Origin: the human T2T-CHM13v2.0 reference genome, Homo sapiens | Assembly (NCBI RefSeq): GCF_009914755.1 | Contig: NC_060935.1 | Length of the DNA stretch: 64,000 nt | Direction: 5' to 3' (one strand) | In this document: in pieces, positions 1-14,489 of the stretch | How positions within the stretch are numbered: position 1 is the stretch's first letter | Layout of the letters: each line of letters opens with the position of its first letter | The notes under the pieces: model-generated | Database searches by the model: none | Told to the model about the DNA's origin: nothing | What the model saw: the letters and a program-made list of their open reading frames with translations, nothing else | Made by a program: the position numbers and the translations under genes

Positions 1-699
1 TGTCAAAAAGCAAACAGAACAGAATGGATTTAGTGTAGATTTTATTATGATACTTTCTGTTCAGCTTTTTGAGCTAGCTGGAAAAGAATGCTACCTTATT
101 AGCATTATTTTTTTTTCTCTTTTAGTTGCCAATTAGCAATAACATTAATGAGATCATACCCTTTCTTAATTTTTATGCACTGAGAATTTTTATACACCAT
201 GTGTTTTTTAAAGGCTGACATATGCTGTTTACACCTTTTTATCTGTATGATGAACAGATATTTTAGTTTCTTTTTTTCTAGAAGATTGTCAGAGCTCTTT
301 GTTTCAGTCTATCTGGGTAGAAATAAGTTTTCCTGTAATTTCAGTATCCTCATTCTAGTGACATCTTTGAATAAATTTCCAGATCATCTTTAAATTGTTA
401 TATATACGGTGATCTGTCTGGCATGGCTTGAAAGCAATTCTAGCAAGAGGTAGGGAAACTAACCTTTGGAAATCGCTTTAAGCTCTGGGTTAATATTCAG
501 AAAAAAATATGTTCTAGTAGAATATTTTTAGGTGGCAGTAAATTCCCTTTCTTAAAATTTATCAAGAACAGTCTATGAATTTAAACATCAACTCTGACTT
601 AATGTTAACTGAAGATGAAAAAATGTTCCATTAAACAATAATTATTCTATTTTCAGTTAGTCTGTGGGCATGCCCAAATGTAATAATTCTCCCAATCCT

Positions 700-1345
700 G
701 GCTTGTTCTCATATTCCCATATCCGGTTTATTCCAACAATCTCTTTGTTGGTCTCTTGGTTTCTCATCTCACTACTTAATACGTCTTCATATCAGCTTAG
801 TTTCCCTAAAACATGACTTTCATCATGCTATACTCCCTTATTGAAAAGCCCTATGAATTTTCATTTCCAAAATCTTAATATCACTTCAATTCAGAGTAGG
901 ATTTTTGTTCTCCACACTATAACTTAGTGATTTTTGAAGTTGTCAAATGGTCTCTTCACTGTCCTCAAACTTCCCATGCTTTTAACCATGCTGTTAGCTT
1001 CACCTAGAATTATTTCATCTCTTTTTCTGCTTACCTAACTCTTACTCATTCTAAGGACAGCATAAGTTCTACTTCCTCCTTAAGGACTTTCCTTACTGGT
1101 TTAGACTCACTGATTTCTCTTTCATTCAAACAGTTACAGAATCTAAAACTTGTCATATTATATAAACATACGTATTTGGTTAGTTTGTGTTTATATTGTT
1201 TCCATATACATTCTGTCATGTAGTGTTAACTCTTGTTCTGTATACACCAATATTCTCCTCCCAGTCATTGGAAATTTGTTGCAAATTCTATGCCTTCTAA
1301 TTCTTGATCTTTATGTTGCCTTAGGAAGGGTTAAGAGCATGATGA
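700..1345 (+). mobile_element. L2 (LINE-2) 3' relic
   Basis: Degenerate L2 3' motifs such as 'catgctgttagcttcacctagaat' and 'taactcttactcattctaaggacagc...cttcctccttaaggactttcc'. Boundaries approximate. Confidence 0.6.
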
Positions 1346-1654
1346 ACACTCAATGTAGATGATTCCTAATTAACAAGTATTTTACTTACAAATGGTATTG
1401 ACATATTAGCAAATGTCATTCCTTTTGCCTTCACTTGCCATAATCTGCCCATTTGTTTTCATGTCTGAGAAATCTAGTGTGGAAAAAAAATTCAACTTCG
1501 AATTTTAGAAAATATCTGGATCAGAGATTTAGGAAATAATGATTCTACATTATTGAGAATAATAATAAAGATAATAATAATAGATGTCTGGACTACCTAT
1601 GTGGTCATTTCAGACTTCCTATTTTCATTTTACTTGGTAAAAAAAAAATAGGAA

Positions 1655-1765
1655 TTTTAGAGTCTAATAGACTTACAGGTAAATTCCAGATCCACACTTT
1701 GACAGTTGTATGGTTTCAGCTAAATTTTCTCTACACAAGGGATAATAATATTGTGTACTCCAGAA
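1655..1765 (+). mobile_element. MIR relic
   Basis: 'ttagagtctaatagac...aaattccagatccacact...gggataataata' resembles the MIR tRNA-derived head and core. Confidence 0.5.
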
Positions 1766-2905
1766 CCACAGGGTCATAATGCCCATGTATTGTTTCTAAT
1801 TGTCATATATAGTACATATTCTCTCTATTTTTAGTATTTATATCTCCTTATGAATACTGGAAAATTCTGACAGATACTAAAAATTTAGTAATGACTATTG
1901 AATCTAGCCTTTGTATTTTAGAAATAAGGATCAGAAACCAAGAGAGATCAGATGATTTGTTCAAGTTTATAAAACTGGATAGCAGTGCCATTCAGAAGAC
2001 AGCCCAGGTGCCTGGGGTCCAGGAGCTTCTCCTGCTGTGCTGTATCCTCCCCATCACATGCCTCATTATGATTCTCTTCATTACTCCCTACATGCTCCTT
2101 CCTCCACTCTACCTTCCCATAGTGTTGGTGATCAATATCTTCCCATAGTTTAGTGTGGTGTTTAGAGCAAGGATCCACATCATTATTGCGTTTTATTCTA
2201 TTGACTCTGGTTTTGATGTTTCAGAGCAGGTTCAATTATTGAACATAAGAATCTCATTTAAATAATAGAAGAACTACTGGATTGCATTAGGAGCAAGATA
2301 GAAGTATTTGAGTTAATAAAAGGGCTATTGATACAATTGTCTCACAGCAATCTATCTCACAGATAATTTTTAGAATAAAGCCCATAACTACAAGAAGATA
2401 TTTTCTTGATTTTGCTTTCTGCAGTTGATAAAATCCAGAATGACATTGTGCTTGGCACAAATCTAAGATATAGCGATCTTTTGTCAATTAGCTATCTTTT
2501 CTGTAAACATATTTAAAGAAGGTTTTGGAAACAGTTTCTTGATAGAAAGGAAAGCCATTTCAAAAGAGTAGCAGAATTATGAACTAAATCATACACTTTT
2601 TTTTTTTTTTAAAGTTCACCTAAGATTACTATAATGGAAGCCAGAGAAGCCATGGACACCAAGATCAGAGCTATACTGACCGCTGTTCTTTAACTTTCCA
2701 TAAATCTCTCTCTGGCAGATCTCTCTCTGTATATGATGGTAAAAGCAGAGCCCATGTTTTAATATTTATTGGTATTCTAGTTTTATGATTAGCACCTTCT
2801 TGTCTGCCGTAGCACTTTCTACTGCCCTGTGTGTTCTTGCTATCTTTATGTGTAGCAAACCTCACTACCATAAATGTTTGTCTCTTTTTCTATACTTACT
2901 TTTGG

Positions 2906-3253
2906 TAATTCCTTTTTTTTGTTTTTTAATTTCAACTTTCATTTTAGATCCAAGGAGTACATGTGCAGGTTTGTTAGAGTCCTTTGTCTGTTGTTCCCAC
3001 TTTTGCGTCCATGTTTACCCATTGTTTACCATTTATGAGTGACAACAAGTGATGTTTTGTTTTCTGTTTCTGTGTTAGTTTGCTTCGTATAATGACCGAA
3101 ACTGCATCCATATTGCTGCAAAGGACATTATTACATTCAGTTTTATGGCTGTGTAGTATTCCATAGTGCATACGTACCACAGTTTCTTTATGCAATCCAC
3201 TGTTTATGGGCTCCTAGATTGATTGCATGTCTTTGCTATTGTGAATAGTGCTG
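2906..3253 (-). mobile_element. 5'-truncated L1 3' end (L1PA13-16/L1PB type) with an internal deletion in the 3' UTR
   Basis: T-rich tail followed by 'ttagatccaaggagtacatgtgcaggtttgtt' and 'ttttatggctgtgtagtattccatagtg...ctttgctattgtgaatagtgctg', the reverse complement of the L1 3' UTR and ORF2 end. Confidence 0.85.
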
Positions 3254-4184
3254 ATATTTGCCATTTGTTCATGATTGTGACTGAGGAAATGTAATACAAA
3301 GTTCATATTTGCTTTAATAAAGTATTATTTTAATTCCAAAAATGGTTATTGGGAGCCAATCTATAAAGTGGATGATCCTTTTATTCTCCTTAAATGTGAA
3401 TAGAGCTTACGCACATGTTAGTTTAATTGTAAGTATCCCATTTATCTCTTAGAGGAAGCATATGTTATCCAAGTATTTTAGAGAGACAAAGGCTTATAAA
3501 ATAACTAGTGATTGTGAAACTATAATTGAATACTCTCCACTCCAGTGTTACAACTATTAGCACTTTTCTTATACCAGAGTTGCTGCTCAGAATCATCACC
3601 AAAATTTGGAATTAATATTCTTCTTAGTTATAAAATGATAATTTTTTTGTATTTATTTTTCCAGTGTAGTATGTTTGTTTTATTATCTCTTTATGATTTT
3701 AATTTATATTTTTCCGATTAAAGAGGAGCTTAAAAAACTTTTCACATGTTTAAACTTCCTCCTGTGTGAAGGACTGATTGCCTTTTTCTTATTTATCTGT
3801 AAAAGATATTTATATATTCCACATATAAAACTTTCATTGGATATTTATATTACAAATAATTATTCCCATTTTATGGCTTCCATTTTTTACTAAGAATATG
3901 GTATACTTTTATGAACAAAAGTCTTAGTTACAATGTAGCCTATTTTTACCAATTTATTTCCTTTAGAGTTAGTGCTTTTTGAGTCTTGTTTAATGAATTA
4001 TTTTCTAACCCAAAGTTATAAAGATTTTTCCTCTGCTATGTTCTAAAAAATTTATTATTTTTCTTTGCATATTTAAGGCTATTATCTATCTGGGATTTAT
4101 TTGTATATGTAGAGGGTAAGACTCCAAAAGTATTTTTATCTATTTGGATCTCCAAATGTCCCAACTTATTTATTTAAAAACAAA

Positions 4185-4458
4185 CACTTTGGGAGGCCCA
4201 GGAGGGTGGATCATCTGAGGTTGGGAGTTTGAGACCAGCCTGACCAACACGGAGAAACCCTGTATCTACTAAAAATACAAAATTAGCTGGGCGTGGTGGC
4301 ACATGCCTAGAATCCCATCTACTCAGCAAGGCTGAGGCAGGAGAATTGCTTGAACCCAGGTAGTGGAAGTTGCGGTGAGCCAAGATCATGCTATTGCACT
4401 CCAGCCTGGGCAACAAGAGCGAAACTTGGTCTCAACAAACAAACAAACAAACAAAAAC
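4185..4458 (+). mobile_element. AluSp, 5'-truncated, with (CAAA)n tail
   Basis: AluSp-type diagnostics 'gaggttgggagtttgagaccagcctgaccaacacggagaaaccc' and 'gggcaacaagagcgaaact'. Lacks the first ~30 nt, including the A box. Confidence 0.95.
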
Positions 4459-5278
4459 ACACTATCACTCTCTGACTATTTTGGCGTGCCAATTTTGTCA
4501 TAAATTAAACGTCCATAAATGTATGTTGTATTTCTGGTGTTGCTATTTAGTTTCCTTGGTGTGTTTGTCTATCTTTTCTCCAGTGCTACCATGTCTCATT
4601 GTGGCTTTTTAATAAATTGTTCTGTTCAATAGGGTAGTTTCTCCCCCTTTGTGTATCTTTGAGTATCAAGTATTCACTGTTCTTGGCCCTTTGACTTTGT
4701 ATATACACTTCTGAATAATTGTTGATTTCCAATGTAAAATCCCTGCTGGGATTTTTATCGAGTTCATATTGAATCTATAGATCAATTTAGAGACAATTGA
4801 CATTTTATAATGTTAAGTCTTCCTATGCCTAAACATGTGTATCACTTAATTTTCTCTCATTAAATTTTTATAGATTGTTCCAGAGATGTCTTATATACCT
4901 TTTATTAGATTTAGTTCTCAGAATGTAATATCATTTATGACATTATAAATAACATTGATTCAAATTACATTTTAATTGTTTTCTTTTATAAATAAATAAG
5001 CTGATTTTTGTATATTTGTATATTCAATCTAGCTAAATTAAAGTATTTGATTGATATTTAAGTTTTAAAATACACAATCATATTACCTATGGATATTGAC
5101 TGTTTTATTCCTTTTCAATTTTTATTTGAGTTTTTCTTACTTAATATACTCATTAGCACTGGACAATGTTGAAGATTTTTGGTGATACCTGGAAACCTTG
5201 TCTTATTCCTCATCTCAGAGGGAAATCTTTCAATATTTCCTCATTAAGTATAATTTCTGCAGGTATATCCTTACATAT

Positions 5279-5712
5279 ATAGTAGATATTTATTATTTGT
5301 GGATTTCATTTTTGCAAATTATTCTACTAGCAAAAAATTATTTGTAACCCCCAAATCAATGTTCTATGCACTTTTATGGTCATTCAGAGACATACTCAGT
5401 GTTATGAGAAACTTAAGTCACCCAATACCCCTCTTCCCAGCTAAGGTTGAACAAGGTGATTCTCTGTCTTTTTGTTTTCAACTCTCATGCTGTAAAGAGT
5501 ATCCTTTTTTGCAGTCTATTTAGTGCCACATTTTCCAAATTTTTATGTTTGTTTGTTGGGTGAGTTCACATTTAATATGCCACCAAGTGTAGTGAAGTGC
5601 CATCTAGTGTTGCTAAACACAGGAAGACTGTGATATGGCTTACAAAAAAAGAAAATACTTGGATAAGCTTCATTTAAGCCTGATTTGCAGTGCTGTATCT
5701 ATTACTTCAATG
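5279..5712. mobile_element. MER82-like TcMar-Tigger DNA transposon fragment
   Basis: 'tttgtaacccccaaatcaat', 'cccagctaaggttgaacaaggtgattctctgtc...caactctcatgctgtaaa' and 'gtctatttagtgccaca' match the recalled MER82 consensus. Confidence 0.75.
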
Positions 5713-5866
5713 GTAGCTATAATATATCCTATTTATATCATGGTAGTGCTGAGTTAAGGTTATTTACATTCCCTCCTGCCAATATTCAGGAGTGATATTG
5801 GTGTGTATTCTGTTTCTGTGTATTCTTGCAGTGTCTTTGTAGAATTTTAAGACCAAGGCTATGCTA

Positions 5867-6186
<320 letters not shown>

Positions 6187-6278
6187 TGTTGGTAGGTATT
6201 CTTTTTTCCAATTCCCTGGATTAATCAGGATTGACTAGACTATTCTCCATTAACAAACATCTTCAGAATCTCATAGAT

Positions 6279-6312
6279 TACACACACACATACACACACA
6301 CACACACACACA
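6279..6312. repeat. (CA)n microsatellite, interrupted
   Basis: Read directly from the sequence. Confidence 0.95.
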
Positions 6313-7389
6313 GAGGCAAACACATACTATTTCTCTTTAATAAAAAATCTTCTGGCCTGCGATCCCTATCCTGTATACAGAAAAGTCAGCTCAGTCGTAG
6401 AGATTTGCCTTTCAGAAATTCAAGCTTTGTTGATTCTTTCTTTGTTAATCTATTATGTGTGTGCTTTAAAAAAATTAGTTAATTTCCATTCTTCTTTCAT
6501 AACACAAGCCTTTACATTATTAAGTTTTCCTTTAAGTACTGATAGAGTTGCATCCCGCAAGTTTTGATATACATTTCCATTGTTATTTAGTCAAAATATT
6601 ATCTCAATTTTATTATACTTCCTTTTTTGGTCCAGTGATTATTTAGAATTGTACTTATTAATGTCTGAATGCCGGAGGATTTCCTACTTTTATTTTTGTT
6701 GTTGATTTGCAGTATAATTATATTATTATCAGAGGACATACTCATGATTTCAGCCCAAGGAATTTGGGAATTTCACTCTTTCTTAATTAATACATTTTCT
6801 TTCATCTAAGCACTGGGAGAGTGGGGAAATTTAAACTAGTAATTCAAGGACTCCTTCAGAATCAAACTCTTAATCTGGTTGTTGACTCTGTTAGTCTACA
6901 GCTACAAGAGATGAGAGACTTAGTCTATCATTCATAAAAACTGACCATTTCCTGGGATAGACCGCTGGGTCACTATAACATTTGGATCTGGTTTGCCTAC
7001 ATTGAAGAAGATAAGGATGACTTCAAAAGGCTAGCTTGAAAGGGGATATCCATCCTCCACAAACCTCACTCCCATCAGCCCTCATTGCCTCCAGATCCAT
7101 AAATGGAGTAGATTCTGTCAGGCTCAAGCAGAGGCAGATTAAAGCGTCAAAATAGAGTGAGCATGCTTTGTATTTATGTGAATATGTCTTAATTATATTA
7201 AGTGGAAACATGCTATTGTGTCAATATTGTTCTTTCTCCTGTATTTGTACCATTAGCATGCAAGCATGTAGTTATTTTTCTCATATCTTTATCCTACTCT
7301 GCCTCTACTTCATTTTTCTACTGTCACTTTTTTCTCATTTTAATGCTCAATAGAGTTGCGTATACTCAGTCTCTAGTTGTCTCTATTCT

Positions 7390-9245
7390 CATTTAAGTGA
7401 ATCTAGTCAGGCTTACATGCTGCTGCCTACCACCACATGAAACTGTCCATGTTGCAGGGTTCAGTGACCACCATGTGGCTATTTATAGTGATCAAATATC
7501 ACCATTTATCAATTTCGAACTACCAACATCATCTGGAAACTTCCTTAGATATTTTTTACTTGATGTATTGGGTTGAATAGTGTCCTCTGAAAACTTACGT
7601 CCACCTGGAACTTCAGCATGTGACCTTGTTTGCAAATAGGATATTTGTAGGTGTCATTATCTAAAATTAGATCATCCTGGGTTGGTACAGTCCCTAAACA
7701 ATAACTGGTGTCCTCATAAGAAGAGAAAACATACACAGGGTCACACACAGAGACAAGATGGCTGTGTAAATACATAGGCAGAAATAGGAGTGATGAAGGC
7801 TAAGAAACCCAAGAATTCCTGGCAATCACCAGAACTAGGAAAAGACATGAAGGAATCCTCTCTCAGAGACTTTAGAGCAAGCACAGCTCTGCGGACAACT
7901 TGATTTTAGACTTCTTGCCTCCAGAACTGTGAGAAAATAAACTTTTGTTGTTTTAGGGCACCCAGTTTGTGGTACTTTCTTAGGGAAGCCCTAGGAAACC
8001 AACATGCTTGCATCTAGGACTTCATAGCCTCTTGTGTTTGTTCATAGCCCATTGGCCTTTCCTAAATCTCTTTGGTTGGTCCTTCTTCTTACCCCTGATC
8101 TGTTAACATGGTGTTCTAGGCCTGTGCCATGACCGTTTTTAGCAATCTACACTCATGTCCTTTGTGACTTTACCAGTCCTATGACTTCCAAAATGATGTG
8201 TTCCCTGAAAACTCCCAAATGTGCATTTGCCACATGGAACACTGTAATCGCAAGTCTCACATTGATCAGCTTGCCAACTGACACCTCCACTTGTATTTCT
8301 AGTAGACATCTCATATTTAGTATGACTCACCAAAAAACAAACAATAACAGACACCTTTCCTCCCCTTCACGACCTGAGATTTATCTTCACTTTTTATCCT
8401 GTCAATTAGTAGCAAGTCCATCCTTTTATTTGCTCATTCAAAAAGTTTGGAATCTTCCTGTATGCCTCACTTGTTTTTCATCAGAAAATCCTTTGTACTT
8501 TATGTTCAAAATGTATTGAGAACTGCATTTACTGCTCATCACCTCCCCTGGTAGCACAGCACCATTATCATCGAGAAGGGTTATTGCTATAGCCTCCTAA
8601 CTGCCCTCCTTCATCCGATCTTGCTCTTCCCCTTCAGTCTATTCTGAATGCGTTAGACAAAGGGATCCTGTTCAAACACAAGTTCCATTGTATCAGTCTG
8701 AGGGCCTAACTATTCCATGTATATTCATCTTGTTCAGAGTAAAAATTAAAGTCCCCATTAAAGCCTATAGGCTCTGTACCATCTGACCTCCACTATCTCT
8801 CTCTTCTCCTCTCCTACCACCCAGAACTCCTGACTCACTCACTCCAGCTATGTGAAGCTCCTCATTTTTCCTTCAATATTAAACACATTCTTTTCTTCCA
8901 GGACTTTACATTGTCTATTTTTGGGGCCTAAAATGCTTTTCCTACAAATTTTTCATGGCTTACTTCTCACCTTAATTCTTTGCTCAAATGTCCCCCTTTC
9001 AATAAATTTTACTCTATACTTTAAAAATTACAATCTTCATCATCTGGCACTCACTGTCATCATTTCTTGCTTATTTTTTTCCCAAAGAATTTATCATATT
9101 AAAGTTCTAATATGGTACGTAACCTATTTATGCACTTTTAATGTGTGTCTTCTTTGACTAGGAGTGTAAACTCCATGAAGTCTTTATCCACAGCACCAAA
9201 CATATGACTGGCACACAATAAGTTATTTGACAGATCAATTAGTGA
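7390..9245 (+). mobile_element. L2 (L2a-like) 3' portion, split by MLT1C
   Basis: 'tagacatctcatatttagtatg', 'ttattgctatagcctcctaactg', 'tttgctcaaatgtccccctttc' and the 3' terminus 'gactaggagtgtaaactccatga...gactggcacacaataag'. Confidence 0.8.
7564..8004 (+). mobile_element. MLT1C-type MaLR solo LTR
   Basis: Starts 'tgtattgggttgaatagtgtcc...gtccacctggaacttcagcatgtgacctt' and ends 'ccagaactgtgagaaaataaac...cagtttgtggtactttcttagggaagccctaggaaac'. Confidence 0.9.
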
Positions 9246-9712
9246 AGCAGTGATTAAATAAATTTATATTCTACCAGTCAGATGCACTTGTGGAGGACTT
9301 TAATTTGGAACTGAAGAAAACAAGATGAGAGATACAGCGTGGGGCATCCATTTTAAACGTAATTCTTAAATCAGCTTCAATATGTTCCATTATCTGGAAC
9401 TGAAACGTGATAGATATGCATATACATTTATGAAAAAAAGAACTACTTTATAGGCATATTCTATACATTGACTATTATACACTCATTTTCTTTCATTTTA
9501 ATTTTTAAAATAAAAAATTAATTTTCGTTTTATTTTTATTTCAAGTATAAGAATTATTTTCTTTTTATAAGTAGTCATTAGGTGTCTATTTTATTTCAGG
9601 TACTCTGCAAAATAAATAATATAATGGTGTAATAAAAATAACCATAGGCATCAATTGAGCAATAACTACCATACTTTGATAATTACCCACACATACATGC
9701 AAACATGCATAG

Positions 9713-9738
9713 ACACACACACACACACACACACACAC
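9713..9738. repeat. (CA)n microsatellite
   Basis: Read directly from the sequence. Confidence 0.95.
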
Positions 9739-9739
9739 A

Positions 9740-9920
9740 ATCTCATTTAACCTTTACAGCAACTCTGTAAAACAGGTGTTATTGTTCTCAATATACAGAA
9801 TAGGAAATTGAGGTTCAAGAGGTTAATTAACTTTTTGAAGTTCACACAAGTAATTATAAGACAATTTGAACCACCGTTTGTCTAAATCCAATACCTTCTC
9901 TAATTGGGTAATGCTGCCTC
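9740..9920 (-). mobile_element. MIR
   Basis: 'tctcatttaacctttacagcaactctgt...ggaaattgaggttcaagaggttaa' is the antisense MIR core. Confidence 0.8.
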
Positions 9921-10289
9921 AGAGTTTATAAATAGGAGGAAAGACATAATTAAACCAATAATTGTTTTTAACTGTTAAAATATTGTAGTATTTACATTCA
10001 TTATACTAGAATACCAAAAATATCTATGTTTTGTGGTAATTTCACAGGCATTTATGAAGTAGGGACCTGGAATTGAAGAGACTCCTAAAGGAGAGACAGA
10101 AGTTTGAAAGAGCAAGAAGAGTGGATGTGGATCCAGACAGAAAAAGAGAACAGCAAATATTTGAAAGAGCTTAAGACGTACTCCTCAAGGTAAAAAACTC
10201 TATTTTATACATATAACATAATGTTAAATCTATTATTTGCATGTTCAGTGATGAAAAAAATTGTTCAGTAAAAAATAGGAAATTGCAAT

Positions 10290-10550
10290 ATTAATAACAC
10301 CTAACATTGAAGACTGACTTATAGTGTAATAAATACTTTATATGGATCATGCCATTTAATCCCCACAATAATCATAGAAAGCAGAAATGTTTATGAAGCC
10401 CATTTTTAAGAGGAGAAAACTGAAACACAGAAATATTACAAATCTTGACTAAAATTATAAAACTTGCTAAAGCTACAAAGCCATTGGCACGAGGAACTGG
10501 TAATTAAACCTGGTAATATCGCCCTAAAGCTCAGACACTTAACCACTATG
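10290..10550 (-). mobile_element. MIR, near full length
   Basis: 'catttaatccccacaataatc...cccatttttaagaggagaaaactgaaacacaga...cttaaccactatg'. Confidence 0.8.
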
Positions 10551-10767
10551 TAGTTATCTATCTGTCTCTTTCCCTTCCTCTCTGTCTCCCCAGTCATACA
10601 GGTCTCACAGATAGTTTAATAGTAATTGAAAAGTATTTCTCTTTTATTTATTTTTACTTCCTGGGTACTGAAATTTCTTTATGTGTTTGAAATTTTGCCT
10701 TCTATGGGTGAGATACTTGCTTTTGCAGAACTTTGGAAGTTAGGTTGTAAAAAGATGTCTGACATTC

Positions 10768-10990
10768 AGCCAATCAGAGGTTTTGCCCATATTTTTTTGC
10801 ACTTCAGTGGGTGATTTAAAGACTAAACTACAGTTTAGGTTTGCATTTGTCTCATCATCATGGAAAGTTGCATTTTGCATGGTACACTGAGTGGTGCTGG
10901 CAGTGACATCAGGATCCTGGAGCTGTGCTGGAACTGGAGTGACAGGCAGTGTCCAGGGTAAGCATTAGCGTTGGCTTGCAATAACCAATG
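10768..10990 (+). promoter_or_regulatory. Candidate promoter/first-exon motif cluster
   Basis: AGCCAATCAG at 10768-10777, TGACATCA at 10904-10911, donor AGG|GTAAGC at 10957/10958, second CCAAT at 10985. Motif evidence only. Confidence 0.3.
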
Positions 10991-11030
10991 TCCAGCAATA
11001 ACATGCCTCTGGTCTTATTTGTTTGCTTGA

Positions 11031-11535
<505 letters not shown>

Positions 11536-14269
11536 ATTTTTTTAAAGCCACTTCTGACTTCTGGGCTTTGTTTTCTGGCATTTCCACTTCCTTATATCCA
11601 TTTATCAAATATTATTATTATTATTTTGCTTAAATTAGCTAAATCCTTGCACACTTGAGAACGAAAATCTATTCTGTAGGCAGAAAATTCTCATCCAAAT
11701 TCCTTGAACATTATCTAAACCTTACATAAATTTTCTCCATGTCATCCTTCAGCAGTAATAAATTGGATAGAACTTGGTTTTATCCATAAATATGTAGAAG
11801 TGATTTTTCTAAAACTGCTACAAATAGGAATGATTTTGTTGATTTTTTACTCCTGGTTTTCATAAGCTAACACCGAGAGCACAAAAGAATTTTATTTAGG
11901 TAAGATTGGTCAATGATTTGAAGCTTGAGACATTAAATATTAATAATTCAGAAATTTATTCTACTTCTGAGCAAGCATCTTTATTGATCATAAGCATTAC
12001 AATAAGAGTTTGGGTATAAAAAATGCATGTAGTCAGAGAAATGGTGTGCTGAGTGATGCTTAAATTATTGTAGACCTTTTCAGAAGTCATGTGGTTTTGT
12101 ATTAAATGGGAATGCAGTGATAAAATAGTGTGATAAAAAGTTTAGCCCAGCAATGCTATAAAAAGTATACAACAAACGAAGAAGAAAACAAAATCGGTTA
12201 CAAAATCTTTTAAGGATAAAAGTGCAGATTAGAAACAACTATTTAACTAGAGAACCCTTATCATGCTTTTGAAAGAATATAGCATGTTGAAGTGAGGGAC
12301 CTAGCTATTACTTCTATGGACTATAAGAGGCTATACTAAGTTTTTTATCTCTTGTCTGTATTCTGAGGGTATACACTCTTTGTACTTTTTTAAATGCATA
12401 AACTTTTGAATTTGCAGCTGGCTTGCTAATTTAGCTCCAGTTTTAGTTTTGTTGCAAGATCAAATTACCTTGGTGTTTGTAGAACAGTAATTAAAAATTA
12501 TTTTTTATTATTTACATAAGATTGAATAAACTCATTTTACTGACCTGTCATAATCAGCTCCAATTTTTCTTTCTGCTAGTAAGGGGGTTGGTAGTGTGTT
12601 TATTGCTCTACTATAATTTCAACAACCTAATCTTATTTAAAGAGACAATCAAATAATTAATGTTTGTATGCACCTATGTATTGATTCTTAATGGGCTATA
12701 TTCAGTAGCATTAAAGCAGGAAAGAGGTTAATTCTTTCTATGTTCAACGCTGGTTTCTTTCATTTGAAATAACAATACCTACATTGGGTATTATAAAGTC
12801 TATTTTAGTTTAAGCCAAGATTTTAAACTTTTTTTTTTCTTCTCTCTACCTAATGCCTGGTTGAAGTTCAGGAGAAAGAAGAGTCATTTGTTTTGTTCTT
12901 TTACTATTTTTGTTCTTCTTAGGTCTTTGCTTTATAACTTAAGTAAAATACGGAGTTGTGAAGGGGAGGAAAAGAGATAAAGAAAACAAAACAAAACAAA
13001 AAAAGAAGGCCTGCTTCCTCAGCTGTTCAAGCACCAAAATTTATCTTTGGTGATTTATCTGGAAATCTTCCTGCAGGGACCTTTTCCCTTACAAGCTTCA
13101 TGACCTTGCTTTCTAACAAGCTTCATGAACAACTCTCCAGATACCTTCATGCTCTTTGTTAATTCCTTTCCCCTAAGCAGTGTCCTATGGCCTCTTTCTA
13201 TTGGGAAACCCATGGCAAGAGGACAAACCTACAGTCCCACTTAGCCCACAGGGAAACTCACGCATCTGAGGTGCAGCTTGTCCGTCGAGTGCCAATGAGG
13301 TCTCCTCCAGCAAGCCTCTAGCTCTGCTCTATAACTTAACTTACATTCAAAAGATCTTGGGGATATATGTGAGATTCTCTCAAGAACTCACTCATGCTTA
13401 TTCAGATTGATGCAAACAAATAGCAGCTCAGCAAGTAGCCAGCCAGGGGTAAAATGCCCATCTTCTTTCTTGCAAACAATCTCCATATTTATGATCTGAT
13501 TTCTTGGAGCCTCTCTACTTAGCTGGCATTAGAAAGAAGTACTATACTTTTCTCCTACAAGGATTGCACATTGTTTTTTAGTAACTGTTCTAAGCATATG
13601 ACATGTATGTTGGAATTTTGCAGAGATCCAATAATAATTTATCTCTGTTTCTTGTGTGAGATATGAACCAATTGAGAATTATGACCAAGAAACAGGAAGA
13701 TGACAGTCTAAATTAAACCTTTCTGAATTACAGAACCAAGGTTGATATGAGAAGCAAATGGGTCCTTCTAATACCTAATTTTGAACCCTAGAATAAGACC
13801 AATGTACTAATATGATTATGGAGCTTTGGACTGGGTTACTCCACAGGTGATGCTGTTACCTAGAGAAGTGAAAGAGGGTGTGTGCTCTCAAAGGGTATTC
13901 ACTTCTCCAAAAGGAACAAGGTGGGAACTGAGCTCAGTATCTTGAGTTGAGTAAATGGGCAAAGAGAAACTAAAAGTGAGGCAGAACTGAGTATCCTCTT
14001 GGAAGAAATCATCAGAGGAGGAAAGAAACATTCTTCTTAGTGATGCATTAATTCCTTTGTCTCAAAAAATGATGAGAAAAGCTTAGCAATTTATATATAG
14101 TAAGGCAAGTGATATTGTAGGAATATGCATGGGATACCATGTTACTATAGAGCATCTAGTCTAGACCAAGAGTGAAGGTAGTAAGATTATAATGACATAA
14201 TATTTAACTGTATTATAATTGTCTAAAAATAAAAATGTTATAAATATCTTAAAAATTAAAGTATTTTAT

Positions 14270-14395
14270 GCAAGGCATATTTTATACCTGAAAAAACCAA
14301 AGCTTAGACAGGTTAACTTTGCCAAGTCTCCACATTGAATTCTAACCGGGCTTCAAATTCAGATTGGTCTGATTCCAAAACCTGTGACTTTTGGT
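14270..14395 (-). mobile_element. MIR relic
   Basis: 'gcttagacaggttaactttgccaagt...ttcaaattcagattggtctgattccaaa'. Confidence 0.6.
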
Positions 14396-14489
14396 TTTCA
14401 GAAATGATGCTTCTACTGAATTTTAAAGGGCAAGTAGGAGTAGTTAACTAATTTGCAAAGGTGAGAGAGGAAACTACAATAAAAATAGT

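Noticed and set aside
1891-2178. 85-aa ORF with a hydrophobic C-terminus and an antisense 76-aa ORF
   Set aside because: No recognisable domain or convincing splice or promoter context. The hydrophobicity follows from C/T-rich composition.
12980-13650. GC-richer block that may be an old LTR or L1M 5' fragment (similar block at 57980-58350)
   Set aside because: I could not match it to a family with confidence. It needs a Dfam search.
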